This document shows, one piece after another, positions 1 through 11,427 of a stretch of 64,000 nucleotides of DNA. The DNA is from Octopus bimaculoides. Lineage: Eukaryota. Every line of letters begins with the position of its first letter. Positions within the stretch are counted from its first letter, which is position 1. Position numbers and translations under genes: made by a program. The notes under the pieces were generated by a model, which made no database searches, was not told the origin of the DNA, and saw only the letters and a list, made by a program, of their open reading frames with translations. The DNA lies in the NCBI RefSeq assembly GCF_001194135.2, contig NC_068994.1, positions 16,587,416 to 16,651,415 on the forward strand, given 5' to 3'.

Positions 1-203
1 TTTCGTGCGGGTGACACGTAAAAGCACCCACTACACTCTCTGAGTGGTTGGCGTTAGGAAGGGCATCCAGCTGTAGAAACTCTGCCAAATGAGACTGGAG
101 CCTGGTGTTGCCATCCGGTTTCACCAGTCCTCAGTCAAATCGTCCAACCCATGCTAGCATGGAAAGCGGACGTTAAACGATGATGATGATGATGATGATG
201 ATG
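1..203 (+). mobile_element. 3' end of RTE-LINE-related retroposon/SINE with (GAT)n tail
   Basis: Ends ...catgctagcatggaaagcggacgttaaacg(atg)n. The same tail recurs at 6373-6601 (-), 33890-34120 (-), 38500-38830 (+) and 56200-56595 (+). Confidence 0.75.
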
Positions 204-1084
204 ATTACAAAATAGGGTCATAATACCCAAATAGTGTAACAGGTTTTAATAAAGTTGTGTTAAGTTACCTCCCTTGGAAAAAATTTCATTAGCGCAAAAT
301 TATTTATTTCAAATTTTGGCACAAAGCCAGAAATTTCGGGGAAAGGGCTAAATCGATAGTATTGACCTTAGTGTTCAACTAGTACCTATCTTATCGAACC
401 TGAAAGGATGAAAGATAAAGTCGATCTCGGCGGATTTTGAACTCAGAACACAAAAACAGACGAAACACTGCAAAATGTTTTTGATTTTAGCAAAATTGAG
501 AAATATTTAATGCTCGTCTCGTTTCTCTTCAAAAACCAATTTTATTAAATTTCACTTATGAGAACAGAGCCTGTAAAATGTAAAGATAGTCACATATAGA
601 TCGCCCAAATTATCCTTTAATTTCACGTCCTAATTTTCTGTTATTTTTGTTTCCCTAGGCAAGTTTCTTACAATCTCTTACATAATACCTCCTCCAGCTT
701 GAAGGAAATTGCATGCACGATCGTCTTAAAGCATTGACATACTGGTCAGTTTCCCAGGGTCTGCACAGGTCCAGGAGCCTAATTCTAATTTACGTATTCT
801 GTGGCTTACTATCTATAAATAAATACTACAGCGCCCAATGCATTGATTTGCCCAAGGGCTGCACTGGTCTAGGAGACTACTTTTAATCTATGTATACTGT
901 GGCTTATTGTCAATAAATAAATACTTACCAAGCCACTATTCAATAAGTTTCCATTGTATGTAATATAAATATCCATGTTTATTTTGAAAGAAGAACTTTT
1001 TAATCACTCTTCTTCCTTTTTTTCTTTTTTGTTTGTATATTTTATTCAGAATAATTGTTGAAGAATTAACTTCTTCTCTTGCAG

Positions 1085-1470
1085 ACATTATTAAAAGATG
1101 TGAACCCTTTATTCACCTTCCTTTTGACAAAGATTGGAAGGATTACTCTAAATATCCTAAGGGAACTGGAGCCAGATCAGTCACTATTCTCCCTGTAGAG
1201 GGAGCCTCAGGTTCTGCTGCTGCTTTTTTTAATGACTCATCTGTTACTGTTTGGGCATTGAACAATATGTTTTTTGGCTCCAACTTCACTCTTTCCTTTC
1301 GATTCCGACCAGCTGAGACGACAAATGGCCGATTTGCTCTCGTCGATAACAGCGACTGTGATAAAAGTGCGACATTTGGTGTTGCCTATGAAAGGACTGA
1401 AATATCCAGAACTATCTATGGTGGCTTTATTTTGAATGATGAGTCAGTGGTGAGACTGCAAGCTGATTTG
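1085..1470 (+). CDS. Internal exon of PIF-like / LamG3 (concanavalin-like) domain protein
   Basis: Translates DIIKRCEPFIHLPFDKDWKDYS...AAFFNDSSVTVWALNNMFFGSNFTLSFRFRP...LVDNSDCD...QADL, with donor TTG|gtaaga at 1471. Acceptor is either ctcttgcag|1085 or ttattcag|1050. The C-x4-LPFD-x3-D, FTLSFRF and LV-x-N-x-DC pattern matches the LamG3 domain of molluscan PIF-like proteins as recalled. Confidence 0.8.
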
Positions 1471-1539
1471 GTAAGAATATTCTCGACCTGCTATAAATGT
1501 TTTCTTTGACTTTTATTGCTATTTATTTGATAAAAATAT

Positions 1540-1770
1540 TTAACCCTTTAGCATTCAGATTACTCTGTCAAATGTAATCCATATTCATTCAGATTGCTTT
1601 GAATTAATTATGCATTATCTTGTAGCTTTGAGATTTCACTGATGTGATTGTATATTTTTAACATGACATCGTTAGGTAGGCATGACAGACCAGATACGGC
1701 CAGTTTGAAGATAAAACAGGGAGGAAATTTTTGGCTAGATATGGCTGGTTTAAATGCTAATGTATTAAAT
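1540..1770. mobile_element. piggyBac-like MITE (TTAA-CCCTTTAGCATT termini), degenerate copy
   Basis: Starts ttaaccctttagcattcagattactctgtcaaatg and is the reverse-complement homologue of 38912-39145. Confidence 0.6.
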
Positions 1771-2418
1771 ATGTACAGAATGAGCAGAGTGGTAGAGAAA
1801 ATGCTTTATAATATTAATTATTCTCAGAGCTGCAACCCTATTTAATTCCCTTCATACTTATGCATTTTCCTATGGATGATGTCTGGCTAGAATAGTTCAA
1901 ACTGACCCTTTTGATAATATAAGACACTTACCCAGTGTCATGCAGTGGGCTTGAACCCAAAACCATGTGGTTGTGAAACAAACTTCTTGCCAGACAGCCA
2001 CACCTGCACACAAGCATACACATGCCATGCTTGAGAAGAAGATCCATCAAGCCATGTAAAATCACAGTCATGGTGTCACAGATACTGGTGTCATGCAAAT
2101 GGCACGTAAAAGCAGCCATTACACTTTTGGAGTGGTTGACATAGGGAATGGCATCCAGCTGTAGAAGCCATGCCAAATCAGACTGGGGTCTGGTGCAGCC
2201 CCTTCCAGCTTGCCAGCCCTGCTCAAACTATCCAACTCATGCCAGCATGGACAAAAGATGTTAAATGATGATGATGATGATGACGATAATATATATATAT
2301 ATATATAGAACGAAAGAGAGAAATGAAGAAGAGAAACTAGAAGGTGAAAAGAAGACATATATAATGCAAATAAAATTGTTAAAAGTCAATTTATTGATGT
2401 TTCTTATTGATGCCCCAG

Positions 2419-2512
2419 AAACCTGATCAATGGCATAGCGTGACTCTTTTGAAAACTGGCTATCGTGTGGAACTGTGGGTTGATGGCCTGAAAACTTCCA
2501 AATTAGGAAACG
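2419..2512 (+). CDS. Internal exon of PIF-like LamG3 protein
   Basis: tgccccag|AAA CCT GAT CAA TGG CAT...GGA AAC G|gtaagt gives KPDQWHSVTLLKTGYRVELWVDGLKTSKLGN. Phase 0 in and phase 1 out joins exactly to the 1470 and 3736 boundaries. WHSV...LWVDG is a LamG motif. Too short for the ORF track. Confidence 0.85.
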
Positions 2513-2984
2513 GTAAGTACTAATTATATTTTATATATATACATTAAAGTAATTATGACAGTGCAGATGAGGAGCTAATTGTGTATCAGAAAATAAATAG
2601 GTAATTCTTATCATTGTCTGTATATTGTATCCATGATCAAAGCGCTTAACTTTCAAGTGGCCTTGACCTCAAAGTTATAAATAAGTGCCACATAAGCTGA
2701 TGTGGGAGCCTCTATGTGCTCACTCAACTTACTAGAAATAGATGCTAAATTCCCTTTATATCATAGCCCTAACGTCTTGACAAGGTGACAGATACATTGG
2801 GTCAGGTACTCCTAGATACAAAATGCCTTAGAGAAACATAAGATAGTCATGAGTGGAATGCCTTTAATTGCATTGAATGCTGCATCAAGTGTTAAAGTTG
2901 TATTTTCTAAGTGACACTGTCAAATGGGATGAGATATAAGTTCATTGATAAAAGCATCTCTAATCATTTCTTGTTGATAAATTA

Positions 2985-3336
2985 CTCCAGTAATTGAAGG
3001 TACAATCCTTGGCAAGCAACTGCAAAGCTCTGAGATATTCATCAAGGCTTTCTCCTAGCTGTTGACGTCTAGTAGCCAAGCAGTGTCGAGCATATACCTC
3101 ATTCTTTGGTGCATTATATAATTTCTCAAGATTTGCGATTGCCATATCATAATCAGTGCAATCAGAAATGAATTCGAATACTGTTAAGGATATCAAGTTT
3201 GTTAACAGCATTATGATTTGCACTTACCAAAGTAAGGAAGCTTGTGAAAGTTCTCTTCCAGTGTACCCATGCCTTGTCAGATCCTTAAGCACTTGGTATG
3301 GTGTCGAAGCATTCAGCGATGTAAAAGTTTATCCAT
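2985..3336 (-). mobile_element. Decayed Ty3/gypsy gag fragment (intronic, antisense)
   Basis: Across frameshifts reads MDKLLH...KAWVHWKRTFTSFL.../TVFEFISDCTDYDMAIANLEKLYNAPKNEVYARHCLATRRQQLGESLDEYLRALQLLAKDC, a typical gypsy Gag N-terminus with internal stops. Confidence 0.75.
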
Positions 3337-3735
3337 AATATTTATGTCAAGAAGATTGAAATGAAAGAAATAAAACAAAGTTAATGATCAAAATATGTAT
3401 TCTTTATTCCAACATAAGACCTTGGGAAAGGTTCTTCTTAAAATAAATATTAACAGGATTATCATGGAAAAGTAAAGTAAGTTAGAAACTGTTGAGTTGA
3501 TACCATCATGTCAAGCACATCCTACTACATTATATATGCTTGTAGAGGCTTCCTTATAAAATAGTATAGAGGACACTCAGCAGAATCATATCAAACAGCA
3601 TTGTTGCATAAGATAGATAGTTATGTATCATACTTCATTAACACATAGCACAATCCCTTGCATTTTTCTCATGTATGTTGACATGCTCTTTTTTAACCTG
3701 CTCTTTTTTGCTTTTTTATTCTTCTTTTAATGTAG

Positions 3736-3815
3736 CTGATATTAAGCGACTGGATTGTTCTTTAACTATTGGAAGAGGGACAAATCTGGATCCTTTTATT
3801 GGATTTATTGATGAT
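3736..3815 (+). CDS. Internal exon of PIF-like LamG3 protein
   Basis: ttttaatgtag|CT GAT ATT...GAT GAT|gtaagt gives (A)DIKRLDCSLTIGRGTNLDPFIGFIDD, the L-x-IG...F-x-G-x-IDD end motif of LamG3. The terminal exon was not identified and may lie in an N gap. Confidence 0.85.
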
Positions 3816-4039
3816 GTAAGTTCCAATCAAATCAACTTACCTTTCCCATATAATCCACTTTTGAAATTTTTCTCAAAACAGAGTGAAAGGAATGAAAATG
3901 TGTTAAAGGAAGAGATAACAGAAGAGAGACAGCTATAGACAGTTACACAGTGGTTGTTGGTAAGGGGATTGAATAGAAAACTAGCATGAGTAATAGGGAA
4001 GCTAAGGGAGTAACTAAAGTGTGGGAGAGTAAGACATTT

Positions 4040-4386
4040 TCTCCCATAACTACCAAAATTAAATTTTGGATTTATAGAGGGTAAAAGTTGGGAACAAAAA
4101 CAGGACAGTGGAGACAAACAAGGAAACCGAATAAAAACAAACATGGAGGGTTGTTAGACCAGAATGAGAGGAAAATAGTGAACTTTGGAAAAAATATTTT
4201 CTTTGAAAAAAGTAAAGAGGAGTAGATAGACAACCAACAGCTGATGAAGGGTCGTTCTCCGTGTTACTTGTCCTGTTTTCCATTTTTTTTTCTCTCATTG
4301 TTTGCGTATTTAACTCGTTTGTTTCGTACTCTATGTTGTTTACATAGTTGGCGATGTCCTGTACCAATATATGCATATATATATAT

Positions 4387-4475
<89 letters not shown>

Positions 4476-5166
4476 TATTTTTTATAGTATTATTTAATTG
4501 AACGCCACGCATCCATTTCCACGTTAGTTTATCTTAACCTTTTTGATGTGACTCTACTCAATACTGTTTTCTCTCCCATCCTTCTCTAATTCCCTTTTTC
4601 TCCCCTTCACCATTTTCTATATGTCTATCTCCCTCTTTCTCCCCCTTTCTCTTTTTCTCTCTCTTGTTGCTCACAAGTGACCATCATCCATCTTTCTTCT
4701 TCCTGCACGACGTTCTAAGGACTGGACGTCTTCTATCCATCTCTCTCTTCTATTTCTATCTCTCTCTCTCTTCTATCTTTTCTCTTTTCAAAAAAATATT
4801 TCTCCCAGCATTCGCTATTTTCCTCTCATTCTGGTCTAACGGCCCTCCATGCTTGGTTTCATTCAGTTTCCTTGTATGTCTCCACTGTCCTGTTTTTGTT
4901 TCCAACTTTGACCCTCCATAGATCCTAAATTTTATTTTAGAATTTATGGGAGCTACTGTCTTTGAAGATTCATATTGTCATTGAATGCTTGAAATGAGGA
5001 GTAGATAGACAACTGACAACTGATGAAGGGTCGTTCTCCATGTTACTTGTCCTGTTTTCGATTTTTTTCTTTCATTGTTTGCGTATTTAACTTGTTTGTT
5101 TTTGTACTTCATGTTGTTTACATAGTTGGTGATTTCCTGTACCTATATATGTATATATATATATAT
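4040..5166. repeat. Composite repeat: inverted pair (about 4040-4210 / 4785-4950) plus direct pair (about 4217-4400 / 4997-5166) ending in (TA)n
   Basis: gaggagtagatagacaac..ctgatgaagggtcgttctcc occurs twice in direct orientation. The ttttcctctcattctggtctaac segment occurs in both orientations. Confidence 0.7.
4372..4475. repeat. (TA)n microsatellite
   Basis: About 100 bp of near-pure AT dinucleotide. Confidence 0.95.
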
Positions 5167-5746
5167 NNNNNNNNNNNNNNNNNNNNNNNNNNNNNNNNNN
5201 NNNNNNNNNNNNNNNNNNNNNNNNNNNNNNNNNNNNNNNNNNNNNNNNNNNNNNNNNNNNNNNNNNNNNNNNNNNNNNNNNNNNNNNNNNNNNNNNNNNN
5301 NNNNNNNNNNNNNNNNNNNNNNNNNNNNNNNNNNNNNNNNNNNNNNNNNNNNNNNNNNNNNNNACATACATACATACATACATACACACTTCTGTTTGTG
5401 TGTGCATGTACATGCTTGTATGTTTGAATTTGTTATAGTTTTATTTTGTTTTTGATTATGTTACTTTGTATAGCTTTTTTTTTTTTTTTTTTGCTTCATG
5501 AAATATCTCCTTGTCCATATTATTTTTATTGTAGCATACCTGTGTCTTAGGAATGTCAATAGACTATCAATAGCAATTATATTTGTTATAAACAATGATA
5601 TGCATATGGAAAAAGATAATGGAGAAGTTATGAAAAGAGTAAATGGAGCGAAAAACAGTAGAGGGGAAAAATATAATAAAAAAAATAAACAGAAAATAAA
5701 TGAATGACAGAAACAAAGTAAAAAAGAAGAGAAAGATTGCAGGAGG

Positions 5747-5749
<3 letters not shown>

Positions 5750-5781
<32 letters not shown>

Positions 5782-5883
5782 GATGATGATGATGAGGATG
5801 ATGATGATGAGGATGAGGATGATGATGATGATGATGATGATGAGGATGATGATGAGGATGATGATGATGATGATGATGATGAG
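5750..5883. repeat. Compound (GA)n-(GAT/GAG)n microsatellite
   Basis: Directly visible; it explains the poly-I, poly-H and poly-S ORFs. Confidence 0.95.
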
Positions 5884-6372
5884 AAAAAAAGATGAGTGAA
5901 TATGGATATATAGAGAGAGAAATTCGAAAGAACAAAAGTGAGATAATGAGAGAAAGTGTGACATCTATGAAGTAAGTTCAAGTCTTATTGAAATGTTATG
6001 AGAACAATAGTTATGCTGCAATCAAGTGCAAGTCATTTACAACATTAGTGATCAAATATCAAGTTGAAAAACATATATTTTAAGTAAATGCACATTGCAA
6101 GAAGAGAAGATAATGAGTGCATTAGAAGGAAAGACAAGTGATTAAATTATGAAAAATTATTTTTAAAAAAGGGAGGACATGGAGGATAAAGCCCTTACAT
6201 GTTTTTAGAGTTAGTTTCATGAGTTATATTGCCCATACATACTTACATGCATAGATATGTACATGCCTACATACATAACATATACATGAATAACATATGC
6301 ACATATACATGAATAACATATGCACATATACATATATATGTAAATGCATGTATATATATATATATATATATA

Positions 6373-6601
6373 TCATCATCATCATCATCGTTTAACGTCC
6401 GCTTTCCATGCTAGCATGGGTTGGACGATTTGACTGAGGACTGGTGAAACCGGATGGCAACACCAGGCTCCAATTTAATTTGGCAGAGTTTCTACAGCTG
6501 GATGCCCTTCCTAACGCCAACCACTCAGAGAGTGTAGTGGGTGCTTTTACGTGTCACCCGCACGAAAACGGCCACGCTCGAAATGGTGTCTTTTATGTGC
6601 C
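6373..6601 (-). mobile_element. RTE-tail retroposon/SINE, inverted relative to 1-203
   Basis: Reverse complement of 1-180 with about 3 mismatches seen; (ATC)n tail. Confidence 0.8.
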
Positions 6602-7149
6602 NNNNNNNNNNNNNNNNNNNNNNNNNNNNNNNNNNNNNNNNNNNNNNNNNNNNNNNNNNNNNNNNNNNNNNNNNNNNNNNNNNNNNNNNNNNNNNNNNNN
6701 NNNNNNNNNNNNNNNNNNNNNNNNNNNNNNNNNNNNNNNNNNNNNNNNNNNNNNNNNNNNNNNNNNNNNNNNNNNNNNNNNNNNNNNNNNNNNNNNNNNN
6801 NNNNNNNNNNNNNNNNNNNNNNNNNNNNNNNNNNNNNNNNNNNNNNNNNNNNNNNNNNNNNNNNNNNNNNNNNNNNNNNNNNNNNNNNNNNNNNNNNNNN
6901 NNNNNNNNNNNNNNNNNNNNNNNNNNNNNNNNNNNNNNNNNNNNNNNNNNNNNNNNNNNNNNNNNNNNNNNNNNNNNNNNNNNNNNNNNNNNNNNNNNNN
7001 NNNNNNNNNNNNNNNNNNNNNNNNNNNNNNNNNNNNNNNNNNNNNNNNNNNNNNNNNNNNNNNNNNNNNNNNNNNNNNNNNNNNNNNNNNNNNNNNNNNN
7101 NNNNNNNNNNNNNNNNNNNNNTCTTATACAAAATACAAAATGGCATTAG

Positions 7150-7506
7150 TGGTTAAGGTCAATCTGAGCTGAGACCCCCTTCGGTCATGACTGACCATGG
7201 GATTGCACCTAGAAAGTTACTCTCCCAGGCACAAGTCCGGGCAAGGTGCTTATGGAAGACCAGCAGTCACCCATGCGTACCGGCCTCCCCTGTCCACGCC
7301 ACCAGTGTTATCCAAGGGAAAGGCAAAGACCGATACAGCTTGGCACCTGTGACATCGCAACTCATTTCTACAGCTGAGTGAACTGAAGCAACGTGAAATA
7401 AAGTGTCTTACTCAGGAACACAACACGCAGCCCGGTCCGGGATTCGTACTCACAACCTCACGATAGTAAGCTCGACACTCTCACCACTGAGCCATGCACC
7501 TTCACT
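7150..7506 (-). mobile_element. tRNA-derived SINE
   Basis: Minus strand begins gtgaaggtgcatggctcagtggtgagagtg (A box) ... gtacgaatccc (B box), followed by gtgttgtgttcctgagtaagacactt core. Confidence 0.75.
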
Positions 7507-8310
7507 GTCAATCAACTGACAAGCAAATCTGTGGTATTGAGCAGAATATTTGTTATAACGATATTTCTACTTCAGCAACTCAGTGCTGAAACTGTCTGAA
7601 ATGTAATGGAAAATAGGTCAGTTTCAAAACATTGATGTCCAGGTCACAAAAACAAAGTTTGAAGGGTATAGTAGTGATTTCCTTTGATTTCTAGATAGAA
7701 GCAAATAGGAAGTAACAGTTACTGACCAAAGACAAAAAAAATTTTTATTTAGTTGAAACAGCAACACCTCATTCTATAAGTTTTAAATAGTACCCACCAA
7801 CAACTTAATGTATTTTGGAACATTATTCAATTTCTATGTTGTTTTAAAATTGCTGTCATTTTTTTCATACATTTGCATAAATTATGTTAATTGTTTTGAT
7901 ATCTTATCATTTGATGCTTTCTGTTTAGTTGCAGTTTTTTAAATGTACTCCAGAGGAATACTTTTAATGGATACCAAATAATAACAACAACAACAAGGAA
8001 TCATGACCAATAGCTTTCTTCCATGGGAAAGTCCATATATTTCATTTAAAATGTAGTTTATTCTTTAAAAATAAATTGTTGATGTTATATAAAAAAAACT
8101 GTAATCTTCAAAATTAAAAAAAACAACTATATAACATAAAATATGGCTGTAAAATGTGTATGACTTTGTTATTTTGCATGTTTTGTATTAAAAGTAATAA
8201 GTGCTATTGCTTTATTTTGCTTTACATTTTATATAAGCAACAATCAAGATTGCCTGACTAATATAAACAGTAAACATAAGATAAATTCCTCATCTCAGAA
8301 ATATAAAATT

Positions 8311-9306
8311 ATATTCTACTTTCATTTCTCTTTTCTTTGTTGTTTGCCAGATTAACATAGGATTAACTATCATCTACTTCTAAAGGATTGCTTTTGACTA
8401 AACTCTGAGCTTAGCATTATGATTAAAAAAAAATGAGCTTCATAGCATCCCATTTTCTTCATAAATATATCAGGCCCTTGCCTGATATATGAGAGGATGC
8501 TGAAAAGTCCCTGTCTTTGGGTAAAAGGAAATAGAGGAGAATCAGTAAATTATGATTTTATTCAACATATTCCGCTCTCAGATTCATACACCTATTGTAG
8601 TGGTCCTTCAGTTGTGCTTAGCCCTGTAAAAGAACTTGGAAGGTTGGGCCTCCAACCAGGCTTTTCACAATACCTTTAAAACCAGGAACTCTTCAGCACC
8701 CCCTTGTATTTAAGGAGACACCAACACTTTAAGATGTTAAAGTACAAAAATTGCAGAGTGTGAAAATCAAAAGTTTTTTTTTTCAAACATGGATGTATGA
8801 TTAATTACATTTTCAACAAAAACAAGATTGATAACACCTTAAATTTGTAGTGATAACTTATCAGAATGTCCATCATTCAAGACAACACTTTCAAGTACAT
8901 TCAGAAACAGACTGGGCAGTAGAAAGAATATGCGTCCAGACTGTTTCACTACATTGTATGCTATATGCTAGTGGGTGCCTTACAGTCATCAGCTAGGTAG
9001 AGATACATCATATTCAGAACAAATATGTCAGTTATTCTGTAGACTGCTTGTGTGCTATAGGTTTTCTTGGTTAGAACTAACTTGAAGAACAGCAACAACA
9101 CTGGAAAGGAATTTATGTTAGTCTGCTTTTGTTTCAAGGGCCTGATATATTTATGAAGAAAATGGGATGCTATGAAGCTCATTTTTTTTTTTAATCATAA
9201 TGCTAAGCTCAGAGTTTAGCCAAAAGCAATCCTTTAGAAGTAGATGATAGTTAATCCTATGTTAATCTGGCAAACAACAAAGAAAAGAGAAATGAAAGTA
9301 GAATAT
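8311..9306. repeat. Near-perfect inverted duplication, arms 8311-8480 and 9135-9306
   Basis: Manual alignment shows about 170-bp arms differing by one substitution and a 2-nt homopolymer length difference. Confidence 0.9.
8486..8709. mobile_element. Mariner-type MITE
   Basis: Imperfect TIRs tatgagaggatgctgaaaagtccctg / ccaggaactcttcagcacccccttgta, flanked by TA. Confidence 0.7.
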
Positions 9307-11044
9307 TATTTTGAAAATAACGAAGAATTTAGTAAAATAAATTTGTCATTATTAAACTGCCATAACTTTGTCATCATTAAGGCAGCAAGCTGGCAGAGTT
9401 GTTAGCACAGTGGGGAAAATGCTTAGCAGCATTTCATCCATCTTTACATTCTGAGTTCAATTTCTGCCAAGGTCAACTTTCTTTCATTCTTTCAGGGTTA
9501 ATAAAATAAGTACCAGTTGGATACTGGGGTTGATGTAATTGGCTTACTCCATTCACCTGAAATTGCTGGCCTTATGCCAAAATTTGAAATCATTATTAAA
9601 CTGGCATAGAGAATATAATTAAAATGAAATTTTGATGGAACAGGAAGTTTGTATTATAGAGCTCGTGAGCAGTCTCAAGCAGGTTGATAACATTCTGAAG
9701 GTTACATCTTATTTGACACAACATTCATATTTTTATGTCTGTGGATATGGATACCCCCAACAACTCGTTTCGTTAAACAATATTTTGAAAGTAGGATTAC
9801 AACTGCATCGATTAATAATTGTATATATAAACCGTAGTGAAATTCCAGAATTGGTAGATTACTTGTCTAAATGCTCAGTGGTACTTAATTCTGTGCTTTG
9901 ACTTTCTGGGATTGTTCTGTTAGAGCAAATGATTTTACTGCTAAATACCATCCCTACCATTTATCATTTGACTGATTATTGAAATGCTTTTTCTTTCTTC
10001 CTTTCTGTTTTTAGCCTGTCAAAATTGAGCAAGTAATAATTACATTGGTATTAACACTGTGAGCATTAAAAGTTAAATGTAACGAGAAAAAGACATTAGC
10101 TCAATAACTAATATTATTTTAATCATTTTGGTATGCATGGGGGTGGATAGCTCCAGGCATGTTTCAGTCTTATTAGTCCTCATTGGCAAAGCATAGTCTT
10201 TACAGCACTTGCTAAAGTAGTGATGAGAGAACCACTAAGTAAATATACAATATTACTTTCAAATCTTGGTACAAGGCCAGCAAGTTCATGGGAGGGTGTA
10301 AGTCAATTACATCGACCCCAGTACCTAACTGGTACTTATTTTATCAACCCCGAAAGGATGGAAGACAAAGTCAATCTTGGTGGTAATTGAACTCAGAATG
10401 TCAAAACGTACAAGTAGATGTACAATATTATTATACAATACATGTGAAAAATTAACATGTTATAAAAAATAAATCACTAAGTTTCATTACTCAGAGTAAT
10501 GTAATTACCTTGTTCAGTTGCAAGGTTTGAACTCATAACCATGTAGTCAGTATTTGAAAACCTTAACATCACAGCAATTATACTTCATATATTCTTTTGT
10601 TCTTTTACTGGTTTCAATCATTGGACTACTTCCACACTTCTCTCACCTTACTAAACTTCTTTTCACTCTAAATGGCTTCTGCTTTTCTGATTTCTACCAA
10701 CAATTGAACTGATGTAAGCCATTTTGCTTATATAAGAAACAATTATGAAGAGTGGAGGACTGGCAAAATCATTAGAACATCACACAAATACTGAGTTATT
10801 TGTATATCAGTTCTTTACATTCTGAGTTCTAATCCCATTAGAGCCAGCTTTGCCTTTCGTCCCTCCAGGGTCGATAAAATAATGTACCAGCCAAATACTA
10901 GAATCAGTCATCATAATCAATTAATCTCCTTCCATCAAAATTGCTAACCTTGTGCCTAACCTAAAACACTTTTCCTAAGATGCCATGCTGTAGAATTGAA
11001 CCCACAATCTCATAATTTTTGTTGTTGATTTTTACCTACTCTCT

Positions 11045-11427
11045 CTCTCTCTTTTACTTGTTTCAGTCATTTGACTGTGGCCATGCTGGAGCACCGCCTT
11101 TAGTCGAGAAAATCGACCCCAGGACTTATTCTTTGTAAGCCTAGTACTTATTCTATCGGTCTCTTTTTGCCGAACCGCTAGGTTATGGGGACGTAAACAC
11201 ACCAGCATCGGCTGTCAAGCGATGGTAGGGGTCAAACATAGACACACAAACACACATTCATATATACGACGGGCTTCTTTCAGTTTCCATCTACCAAATC
11301 CACTCACAAGGCTTTGGTCGGCCCGAGGCTATAGTACACTTGCCCAAGGTGCCACGCAGTGGGACTGAACCCGAAACCATGTGGTTGGTAAGCAAGCTAC
11401 TTACCACACAGCCACTCCTGCGCCTAC
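11045..11427 (-). mobile_element. tRNA-derived CORE-like SINE
   Basis: Minus strand reads aggcgcaggagtggctgtgtggtaag (A box), gggttcagtccc (B box), ggcaccttgggcaagtgt (CORE-like). Other copies at about 13615-14020, 16780-17020, 19060-19425, 24380-24555, 26345-26750, 32180-32580 and 53920-54260. Confidence 0.8.

Noticed and set aside
4059-5981. ORFs with poly-YI, poly-I, poly-H and poly-S tracts
   Set aside because: They are translations of (TA)n, (GA)n and (GAT)n microsatellites, with no splice or homology support.
8351-8383. INIGLTIIYF* as terminal exon of the PIF-like gene
   Set aside because: Phase-compatible, but it lacks the expected V-x-I-Y-x-C ending of LamG3 and is part of an inverted duplication; unresolved.
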